A DNA stretch of 63,228 nucleotides, counting the filler, from Octopus bimaculoides (taxonomy: Eukaryota): NCBI RefSeq assembly GCF_001194135.2. It is 7 parts of 7 records of this genome, joined end to end, with 100 filler letters (N's around TTAATTAATTAA, not from the genome) between each part and the next. Parts side by side here need not be neighbours in the genome. Positions count along the whole stretch, not along the records: positions 33,412 to 63,228 come from NC_068998.1; 6 more parts are not named here. One strand, given 5' to 3'. Each line of letters opens with the position of its first letter. Position 1 is the first letter of the stretch. The notes below the pieces were generated by a model. That model had not been told where the DNA came from. It saw nothing but the letters and a program-made list of their open reading frames with translations, and searched no databases. Of the stretch, positions 36,333-47,082 are shown one piece after another. A program made the translations under genes and the position numbers.

Positions 36333-37813
36333 ATAAATTTATTGACATATTTACTCAGTAGACATTGAATGTTTACGAGCAATACAAATGTGCTTCTCAT
36401 GCCTCAAATAATATAGACTTGAATTTATCCGACAAAACAGATCTTCTGCTAAAAGAAATAAACACTGAAATAAGGAGAGAGATATGGAGTTCAAAAGAGG
36501 GAATTTAGACAAAACAATTTGAATAAAAGCAAATAATAGGACATCAAGAAAGAAAAGTCATCCAAACAAATGTCAAATTGTCCTCTTGTTTGTTTTCTTT
36601 TTATGTTTTCAACTTCTTCTTTTGAAGTAAGTCTTTTATTTTATTACTTAATATTTTGGCCGAGTATATGCTTTGTCTGATATAAATTCCAGTCTACTGC
36701 ATTCGTGTGTGTATTTACAGGCATGTACACACACACACACACACATCTGTTTGCTCAAATGCAGACACACACACATATGTACATGTGGTGTGTACATGCA
36801 GCAACAAACATGTATATTTATGTGTGCTGGTATTCAGAAATATAAATGTTTGTCTTTCACATTATCATCCTTACCAGCAGCAGCAGTAGCTGCACTGTTG
36901 CCACCATCACCACCACTAGCAACAACAGCACCATCACCTCCATCACCATCACCAGCAGAATCAATATCAGTTAGTAGTAATCTTGTCATCATCATCATCA
37001 TTTTGGTCATCATTGTCATTGTCCTCAACTTTGATGTCATCGTCATCATCATCATCATTGTCATCAATATTATTCCCCTCTTCCTCCCCTCCTCCTCCTC
37101 CTCCTCATTATCATCATCACGATCATTGTTGTCATCATTGCCATCATCATCATCATCATCATCATTTCTTTCAATATCCTCATCTTCCAATGTTGTATGG
37201 ATTGGATGGCTATCATACCATTTCGTCACTTGATGCAGTCCTTAGCCATCCACCACACACACACATAACAACAAACAACAGAGATAACCATTTCTATCTG
37301 GTTGCGCCATTATGTTTTCCTGAATGATTTTCATGGCCATCCTTCCTCACATCCACTGCATGGATTGGATCCAGTTCTTTCCTCCATATAAACAACGGTT
37401 GTCTTGCAACAAGACTAAAGATAAGGAATCCTCTCTCAACTAGTTCAGTTCTTGCTTGAAGTTTCTTCCCTCCCAATTATTGCTTGTCTACGATGTGGCT
37501 CCAGGAGTCCACAATTCCTCAATTGTTCCTCCACATTTCTGGTATAAATATTATCGTGGGATGTGGCGATTGGACATGACTGACCAGAGAGTGAACCTGC
37601 TTTTGGTGACGGTACTTTTTGGCACTGAGGGCAACTACACGTACACACAAGCACACACGGGCAGAACTATGAAGATAGGTGCAAGGCAGTGCTCCAGCAT
37701 GGCCACAGTCAAATGACTGAAACAGGTAAAAGAATAAAAGAATACAAAAAAGAATATATATAGACAACAGACAAATGATGATGATGATGATATATATCGT
37801 ACACACACACATA

Positions 37814-37849
<36 letters not shown>

Positions 37850-39823
37850 TGTATGTATGTATGTATGTATGTATATATGATGGACTTGCACATGTTTTCC
37901 ATTCACCAGATTTCCTTAAAGGTATTGTTTAGCCCAGGGCAATAAATAGATGACACTTTGTCCAAGGTGTCACTATGTGACATTGAACCCCCAAACCAAA
38001 TGGTTACAAAGTGAACTGCTTCACTACACAACCATGCCTGGAATATAAAAACATAAAATATTTTCAAGACCAAATATAAATTCTCTAAAAGGAATAAATT
38101 CTTCTGTGACTTTTGCTTCCTCTAACTCTCAAGCCAAAAGTGTCTTTTGAAGACAAAATACTTAATCCTTATTAAATATCTTTAATTCTCACTGTGTTTG
38201 TCTATCAAACATCTTTGTATTCTTGCAAAATTCTGTCTTAGAAAACTTTGGGCCTAGAAAAGTTGTTTTTTTTGTTCTTTTTCATAAATCCTATTATATT
38301 TTGGAAGTCTAGATTTGTACTTGCTTGCCTTATGTATGTATGTATGTATGTATGTATGTATCCATGTACGCATGTGTGTGTGTATGTGTATGTATGCATG
38401 TGTGTGTATGTATATACAAACATATATACATAAGCATATATATACATATATACAAACATACACACATACACATAGATGTTTGTACTATATACTGTAAACA
38501 CCTATATATATATTTGTACAAAGAAGTTCTAATATTTATATAAGTGTGTGTGTGTGTGTATTTTTAATAATAATCTATATCTATAACCATTATGACTGCG
38601 AATTTATATAGCTTTTTCTTTATTGTATATTATATCAATCTGTATGTGTGAGTGTGTGCGTGTGTGTGTGTGTGTGTAATTATTAATTGTAATATATTAT
38701 ATTGTATTTGTGATGTTTTGTAGTTTTATAAGCGAATAAATTCTGCCACTCCATTCATTCTTTCTGTGTGATTTAATGAACTCTTTCAACAACAACAGAC
38801 AATATATTGATTCTATCAAACCATTCTATTCATCTGCAACCTCTCATCACAATATCTTACAAAGCAAGCCTACAATATAGAAGCCTCTACATAGTTGCTT
38901 GATCTGCTATTGTCGGTAGCCAAATCTACTTCAAATCTTACTCTGCTGTCTTAAAAATGGATGACTTTATTGGATAAGATTATCTTGAATATCTTNNNNN
39001 NNNNNNNNNNNNNNNNNNNNNNNNNNNNNNNNNNNNNNNNNNNNNNNNNNNNNNNNNNNNNNNNNNNNNNNNNNNNNNNNNNNNNNNNNNNNNNNNNNNN
39101 NNNNNNNNNNNNNNNNNNNNNNNNNNNNNNNNNNNNNNNNNNNNNNNNNNNNNNNNNNNNNNNNNNNNNNNNNNNNNNNNNNNNNNNNNNNNNNNNNNNN
39201 NNNNNNNNNNNNNNNNNNNNNNNNNNNNNNNNNNNNNNNNNNNNNNNNNNNNNNNNNNNNNNNNNNNNNNNNNNNNNNNNNNNNNNNNNNNNNNNNNNNN
39301 NNNNNNNNNNNNNNNNNNNNNNNNNNNNNNNNNNNNNNNNNNNNNNNNNNNNNNNNNNNNNNNNNNNNNNNNNNNNNNNNNNNNNNNNNNNNNNNNNNNN
39401 NNNNNNNNNNNNNNNNNNNNNNNNNNNNNNNNNNNNNNNNNNNNNNNNNNNNNNNNNNNNNNNNNNNNNNNNNNNNNNNNNNNNNNNNNNNNNNNNNNNN
39501 NNNNNNNNNNNNNNNNNNNNNNNNNNNNNNNNNNNNNNNNNNNNNNNNNNNNNNNNNNNNNNNNNNNNNNNNNNNNNNNNNNNNNNNNNNNNNNNNNNNN
39601 NNNNNNNNNNNNNNNNNNNNNNNNNNNNNNNNNNNNNNNNNNNNNNNNNNNNNNNNNNNNNNNNNNNNNNNNNNNNNNNNNNNNNNNNNNNNNNNNNNNN
39701 NNNNNNNNNNNNNNNNNNNNNNNNNNNNNNNNNNNNNNNNNNNNNNNNNNNNNNNNNNNNNNNNNNNNNNNNNNNNNNNNNNNNNNNNNNNNNNNNNNNN
39801 NNNNNNNNNNNNNNNNNNNNNNN

Positions 39824-39894
<71 letters not shown>

Positions 39895-40728
39895 AATATA
39901 TATATGTATGTATATTGTTGATGTCGTCGTCATCATCATCTTATTGTCCACTATCCTATTGAAGCAAATTTTCTATGGCAGGATGCTTTTTCTGTTGCCA
40001 ATCCTCATCTGTTTCCATATAAGGTCATATGTTTCCCATAATTCTTCAAACACAAACAGCTCGATACTAGGACATATTTTCGTGGAAGGTTGCCAAACAA
40101 ATGACAATTTTCCTATGAATGATAACTTTGCATATTGATTGTAAACAAAGACATACAAACACACACATACATGTACACTAACATGTACACACACACACAC
40201 ATTTATATATTTGTCTGTGCCTGTGTTTCTGTGTGTTTGTGTGTGTATGTATGCATATATGTTGCCTGGTTACTGGAGATAAGGTTGGACAACTGTGCTG
40301 ATGAAGTCTATTGAGCCAGAAACATGCATCCATGACTGTCCTCTCTAGACAGTAAGTTTATCCTTTTCCTTAAAGGCATGTCAGTTTTGGAGAATACTTA
40401 AATCTCGAGATGACCTCCCCTCTCCCTGGGGAGATGGTCTTAATTGCCATTTAGTAATTAAGATCTATCGTCTTCAGCTGGAGATAATTTTAACAAACCA
40501 AGAAATCAAGAATTCATGTTGTATGGTATTTGATAGACCTACATTTGTCCCTGTTGTTCAAATACAAGACATTGGCCACTCTTGAGTTATTTCTCTTAGC
40601 TCATTTTAATTTGCATTTGTGCATGCGTGCGTGTAACATTGAGCTCCTTTTTATTGTGGATTGCTACAAACACCAATCAGATTTTGTATCTTAATATATA
40701 AAAACTAATGTATTTATTCTCCTTCCAG

Positions 40729-40814
40729 GTTGTAGGCCACAGTTTGGCACCGAGGGAGCTGAAAGTTTGCATATTTGTGGTGCAGTTTTTCAAGAAGAAT
40801 GTCACAGTTCATAG
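40729..40814 (+). CDS. Candidate terminal coding exon of an unidentified gene
   Basis: Branch-like CTAAT and TATTTATTCTCCTTCCAG|G acceptor. Phase-1 frame reads xCRPQFGTEGAESLHICGAVFQEECHSS*; the phase-0 frame is also open to 40827. Confidence 0.5.
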
Positions 40815-40957
40815 GATATTTTTCTGAAAATTTAAAGAAATTTAAATTTACTGATAATGAAGAATGTATTTTTCTTATTGAATGAAACGAAAATATTTTG
40901 TAATGAAGAAAAGAGAAAAAGAAAAAGAGAGAGAGAGAGAGAAAGAGAGAGTCAGAA

Positions 40958-41024
<67 letters not shown>

Positions 41025-41449
41025 GAGCATGTGCATTGAAGTGGTGGTTGCTGTAAAAAGAGTAATGACCAATCGTATTTTACACTGGTATTCACTGCCC
41101 ATTTGTGTTTCTGTATGTAAATATAGGAAATTGTTTTTGCCGAGAGTAATGTGTATTTTTGATGAACAAAAATTGATTTTTGTAAATTAAAATTTTTTAA
41201 TGTGAATAGGACAACTTTGTGCTAGAAGTCCAAATAGTCTTTATTTAAACTCAACAGACGGGAAAAACAAAACAAAAGATATTTGGAATGGTTAGCAATG
41301 AATTGTAAAAGGAATGCCATAGCTATGGAGTATGAATTTGAATAGCAAAAACGCAAATCTTGTTGCTTCGATGAGGAAAATAAAATGATAAAACAAAAAT
41401 AAACATGAAGAAGAAAGAAAGAATTGTCTTCAATGAGGCAGGACTAGAA

Positions 41450-41930
41450 ATCAAACATCAAGCTGAGATTTATTGTAACTTAAAGAAAGGGTAGCATTTG
41501 GCTGTTGTGGAAACATAGATTATGAATCTGATCCTGTTGTCTTGAATAATGGAATGTCTCTAGAATGTGTGGATTGTAGAATATAAAAAAGTGAAAAAGA
41601 GAAGCTTCAAGTAGGTGTTATTCAAACAGGATAACAAAATTACAAACCATATCAAGGCCTGCCAGCCACACTTACAGAATTGTGGAACGGAAATAGAACT
41701 GAATGAAATGGTTTCCTTTCTAAGACAACTGAATACAACTTTTGCTTCCAAAAGATTTCTTTTGGACTTGTTAAGACTGATAATGGAAGATGGAATCCTA
41801 CATTGAAAATATAGAGATAACTTTACATCACAAAGAATCATTCCTTCCACTTTGATTACGAATTTCTGCAGATATATTCCATTGGCAATGAGGTTGAGAT
41901 TCCATCCGTTGGGCAGGAGTTTCATAGAAG
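41450..41930 (+). mobile_element. Highly decayed CR1/L2-like LINE, RT C-terminal region
   Basis: NNGMSLECVD..., GVLFKQD..ITNHIKAC, TFAS, YRDNFT, LPL*LRISADIF resemble the CR1 3' ORF. Confidence 0.45.
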
Positions 41931-42595
41931 AGACATAACTCTATGTAAGCAGGACCGATTCCTCATCAGAATTTCAGACATACAGAGAAAGGGGAGAGAG
42001 GAGAGGGAGAGGGAGAGAGGAGAGGGAGAGGGAGAGAGACTGTGTGTGTGAATGATAAGATGCATGGATATGTGTGTGTGTGTGTGTCCCATTGTTTGGT
42101 AAGGTTCCAGACCCTGCTCTATCATGCTAACCCATTGCACAGATAAACTGACCCAAGTGCTCAACCGATTCTTTATTTTATCAACTCCAAAAGAGATAAA
42201 ANNNNNNNNNNNNNNNNNNNNNNNNNNNNNNNNNNNNNNNNNNNNNNNNNNNNNNNNNNNNNNNNNNNNNNNNNNNNNNNNNNNNNNNNNNNNNNNNNNN
42301 NNNNNNNNNNNNNNNNNNNNNNNNNNNNNNNNNNNNNNNNNNNNNNNNNNNNNNNNNNNNNNNNNNNNNNNNNNNNNNNNNNNNNNNNNNNGCGGCGGCG
42401 GCGGCGGCGGCGGTGGTGGTGCAGCTGCTGATCCCCATCCCAATAATCAATATGATTAAGATAATGGTGATGAGCTAACATTGAAGTCAATGGAGACAAT
42501 GACAAGGATGACGACATGATGGTGGTGGTGTGGTGGTGGTGATGGTGGTAACAACAGTGATGATGCTGTAAATGTTGATAATATTAATAATGACA

Positions 42596-42627
<32 letters not shown>

Positions 42628-44178
42628 GGTAACAACGGTGATGATGATAACATTGATAATATCAATGATGACAATGATGATGATGATGATGATGGGGATT
42701 ATGCTAATCACGTCACCTTAATTTGATTCTGTTTGTAGAAATCTGTACAAAACCAATACTAAAGTTATTGCTCTCATGGAGGTGTCTTTTTTAAAACTAA
42801 AAATCCTTAAAACCCATAGAGTAAATCATCATCATCATTATCCTCATCACAGCCACCACCACCACCATCGTTGTCGTCATCGCCATCATCATCATCACTG
42901 CATAAATTATTGGTGATTTATTTTCTGGGTTCGATCAGAAATATTAATGATCTGTCTGAGTTTATTTATAAATTATTAAGACGTAAATACTAATTAGTTT
43001 GACAATATGTCTTCAATTTTTACAATTTTTAAATTTTATTTATTTACTTTGTTGTAAAGAGTCAACGACGGGTGGAGGGAGGCATCTTCACGTGGTCACT
43101 CGACCTGCTAGAAATAGCAGTCGAATCTACATCGAATTTCACACCCAGCCATCTTAAAATGGGAAAGAGGACACGTTACATATTATTGTCCTGGATACAA
43201 AATCTTAAAAAGACAAGATGGCCATAGTTGGTATGTTTTGTTAATAACTCCATTCAATGAGGGCTGACATAGAGTTAATCAATTTTGTTTTGTTAACCTC
43301 ACTTAAAACGTTCTGAATGACGAAAGCATCATGGAGTAGTCTCCCTTGGTTTCCGCCTCTGCCAGGTGTGCGTTTTCGGAGTCTTCGGGGTCTCGCTTTG
43401 TTTATAGAACTTTGTTTGGGATTTCGAATGTTCTTTTTGTATTAAGGAAAAGGAAATGGGATTTTGTGGCATTCGAACTTTTTCTTAGAAGCTTTAGAGA
43501 CGTAAAAGAAGCGAATTCGCTTCTTGTTCGGATTAAAACGGCATAATTCCTGTTGCCTTTTGCAGTTTAATCTCCATGGTGATATCGGAAGAACGGTGGA
43601 TAAAATAATTTGTGGTATCTGATTGCATTTCTGAACGTTCTTAGTTCAAAACTTGCTCTTGATCAACTTTATTATTCGTCATTCCGAGACAATAAAATAA
43701 AATATTAATCAAATTCTTTCATCTACCTTGGTAGGTCCAACATCTTTCTGTATCCTTCTTTCCAAATGTGTCTATTTTACTTGGCTGGACCCTCATAGCC
43801 ATTCGATGTTAAAAAATTTTTTATACGTTTCTATTATAAGGAATTGCATTAAAAAAAAGTTGAAATATTTTGTAGAAAAATATAATCAATTTGTTGCAGA
43901 TAAATTTTAACAACAAAATCTTAGGTGAACCCTACTAGGGTATACTAAGGTTGCACAGGTTTACACAGTAAAATCAAAAGTGTTGCCCCCACTACCCTAC
44001 TCCGCTACTGGAGTAGGGTGTTGGTAGTTCATGAAAGAGATTTGGTTGCTAATTATAGTAAGTCAAACGACCACATAGAGGTTCGTTCCTCGTTGACTTT
44101 TAGTTTTGGTTTGTCAGATGACTTTCCTTTGGTAGAAATACTTGGTATTCGAAATCTTGCCAATTAAGTAACGAGAAC

Positions 44179-44317
44179 CACTGGCGTAGCTAGTGAGTGC
44201 CGCCCGGGGCGGCCCTTCCGTTTACCGCTCTCGGACCCCGCAATAAAGACATATTGCCTACAGCAGACCCAAAAGTGCCGCCCGGGGAGGACCCCCCGAC
44301 CCTCAGCTACGCTAGTG
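44179..44317. mobile_element. 139-bp hAT-type MITE
   Basis: TIR CACTGGCGTAGCT / CACTAGCGTAGCT (12/13), perfect 8-bp TSD ACGAGAAC (44171-44178, 44318-44325), internal AGTGCCGCCCGGGG twice. Confidence 0.92.
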
Positions 44318-45555
44318 ACGAGAACAGACCACAACATATCAGTTTCCTTATTTGGCGACGACAGTCCTAATCAGATGAACTTCGCCCATATTTCAGCCAA
44401 TCGTTGTTCTAGGGCATTTGTGTGGTATTGAGATTAATGGAAAATTCCATGCAGTTTCGCATTAAATCATACTTATTAACAGAGACGTGCGGGAAAAGCA
44501 ATCCAGAGGATGATAGAGGCGCGAGAGGTTTTCTTGGTCAGCCGGCAGCTATGTCTCGCTGATCTCGTGTCGCCAAGCACGAAGACAACACTTTAGCTAC
44601 TGGGATTCAGCGTAACACCTTTTCGTAAAGTAAAAACTGTATCATCGACCTGTAAATAAACATGTTACTAAAATGCAAATGTTGTAATTGGTCTTATTTG
44701 GGAGCGGCAAGTAGCCAGACCAAATAATCCAGCTGTCAGCAAATCAATCCTACTCGTCTTTCATTAGTTCTCTTGTTTTAACCATTATTCGAAAGTTTTG
44801 TAATACGTTCTTCCAATATTGCATTATCACTTACCCATATAATTTATTTTCATAACTTGTCTTCAGTTTTAATTTAAAACACAAATATTATATTATTACG
44901 AAATAATAAAACCTTTTGAAATGAAATGAAACAGCTTAGACAGGCGAGAAAAACAATTCCAATTCAATTTAAAGCATCTTCTGTAGTTCACCGTGAAACG
45001 TGCAATATTATTTTTTATTCTCTTTACTCTTTTATTCTGTTACTAGTTTCTGACATCGGATTGCGGCCAAGATGGAGCATTGCCTTTACGTGTCGTGTTA
45101 GGTGTTTATCTATTCTATAAAGTAGAACGGCGCAGTCAATACTACAAGATATATTTTACACGTCGCTCTGATTCTCCTATCTCTTGCCAACACACACCAA
45201 ATTTCACAGACAAAGCTATGATAGAAGACATTTGGCCAAAGTGATATATTCTAGGATTGAAACCCCGACACAACATTTAAAACGGATGCAAACCATTTGA
45301 TTTAACCAAGGAAACAATATTTCCATCAGTTTTCAGTTGCTTACAAACTCCTGATTTTCCAGTCTAAAATGTCATTCTCTCTTCGTTAGACGAACCCAAC
45401 CAACTGAATGGTAGTGATCCCTATTGAATTTATAATCCGGTACAATTTCAATTCTTGGTTGCAATCCAACGAAACATGTCGGTGACACAGAATACTCGAT
45501 AGTCACACTAGTAATTTCCATCCATCGATATATAAAAGAGGGAGAATAAGGCCGC

Positions 45556-45755
45556 TTATGAGCCTTTTAGGGGACCACCGAGACTGATAGAAGGGAGTGA
45601 GGCATTCTCAGGAGACCTGATCCAAATGCTTAAAGAGTGGCTTGTACTGAAAACATCCGATAGGTTGTAGATGCTTATAAATTCGGACAGGGGTTCAGTC
45701 TGACATCCCCAAATGGTAAACGTCACTTCAACGGGTTTTCCCAAATATCCATCGA
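45556..45755 (-). CDS. Exon 2 of a candidate orphan secreted protein
   Basis: TTTAG|TC acceptor matches the phase-1 donor of exon 1. Reads (V)DGYLGKPVEVTFTIWGCQTEPLSEFISIYNLSDVFSTSHSLSIWIRSPENASLPSISLGGPLKGS*, with sequons NLS and NAS. Weak polypyrimidine tract. Confidence 0.45.
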
Positions 45756-46307
45756 CTAAATTTTACTTACAAGGCCCTGGTCAATCGGAGGCCATAAGAA
45801 AAAATATTAACCCAATGTATCGCACAACAGGATTGAACCCGAACTACTGGCTACGGTTTGACCCTAATGTAGCAACTTGTTAATCCACAGCCATGCCATT
45901 AAAATCGTAAACATGCATTGAAGTGTCACTCGCAAACGAGAATGATTTGATAAGCATGACTGTAACTTGGCAGTTGTAAGAGAGGATTGAACTCAGAGAA
46001 TCGTAACTAATGCCTCCAGGAATTCCTCTCAACGTCCTAATAACTTTGCTAACTTGTCCGCAGAAGAGTAAATTGGCAATCTCAAAATAATTTTTTTTTT
46101 TTTAAGTGAAGAAACATTATGGACAACACCAAGGACGAAGTAACATGAAGTGATTCGGACGGGAGTCGAAACTATAATTGCTGACTTTGCATGCTAGGAG
46201 CCTTAAAATAATTATAGTACGTCCTCCAAGGCAAATCATTTATTTGACAGAAAAAAAAAAGGAAAGAAAAAAGAAAAACAGATGGTCTAATAAAGAAAGC
46301 TAATTAA

Positions 46308-46364
<57 letters not shown>

Positions 46365-46426
46365 AACAAGTTAGTTGTTTAACGAATAAATTTTATACGA
46401 ATAAATATTATGACAGGTTTTTATAC

Positions 46427-46499
46427 CTAGATATCTATTAACAAACCAGACAAGCAACAAATGGGTTAGAAATGATAGCGACTGGATATTGCCATTCAT
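46427..46499 (-). CDS. Exon 1 (signal-peptide-like) of a candidate orphan secreted protein
   Basis: ATG at 46499, MNGNIQSLSFLTHLLLVWFVNRYL, donor CTAG|GTATAA. Splicing gives ...RYLVDG/YLG, a plausible cleavage site. Confidence 0.45.
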
Positions 46500-46686
46500 C
46501 AACGATTCAACCGTCAAAGAGATTCGGAGCAGTAAAAGAGAAAGAATAAATATGGAGTTAGAGAAAGAGTAAGAGGGAAGAGAGAGAGAGAGAGAGGTGG
46601 ATGGGTCGGTGGAAAAAGAAAAGGAGTGAACGGAGCAGGAGAGAGTGGGAGAAATTTACAACATCAATTCTCCGTTCTGTTTACAT

Positions 46687-46700
46687 GTTACCATAGCAAC
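46687..46700. promoter_or_regulatory. RFX X-box
   Basis: GTTACCATAGCAAC fits the X-box consensus GTNRCC-N0-3-RGYAAC. A second, weaker site GTCGCCAGGAAAC lies at 46977-46989. Confidence 0.7.
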
Positions 46701-46899
46701 CAAACATAGATCGTAACTTTATATTGAATTTAATGTTCTTATATACACTCCAGTGTAAAGTAAATAGTAACCAGAATTTTGAGAAACTTTAATAATCATT
46801 TAAAGGAGTCTTAAATGCGCCTGCAGCTCCGTGATTCTCTCGATTTCAAACTGGGCAACACATCCTAATCTTATTTATTTAAAAAGCAGGGAGAAACCC

Positions 46900-47082
46900 A
46901 CGTACTACTTGTGTTCTCCTCAAGTGTCCATACACACCCATTCAGATCGAACCGACACTGTTTATTAATAGTTGGTGTCGCCAGGAAACCATCCGTCTTT
47001 CTCTCCTCGTCTAACTTGTCTCACTCATCCACTTTTTATCGTCTTTATTGCATATTACAACCAGCGGCTGACATTATCCTCC
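46900..47082 (+). other. TEX9: Putative non-coding first exon of TEX9 (start uncertain)
   Basis: Strong donor CC|GTGAGT at 47082/47083, next to X-boxes. The first coding exon of TEX9 has an acceptor and so needs an upstream exon. The link is inferred. Confidence 0.4.

Noticed and set aside
36834-37327. Poly-D/E, poly-S and poly-H ORFs
   Set aside because: Same trinucleotide-mosaic artefact, open on both strands.
40292-40335. CTGATGAAGTCTATTGAGCCAGAAACATGCA hammerhead-like string
   Set aside because: Stem II is imperfect, U16.1 is missing and stem I does not pair.
41615-41806. 63-aa ORF as a host-gene exon
   Set aside because: Better explained as a decayed CR1-like RT C-terminus, with flanking stops and frameshifts and no splice sites.
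45765-45830. Minus-strand GTAAGT donor suggesting an extra exon
   Set aside because: It lies inside a decayed SINE-B copy and would define only a 6-nt exon.
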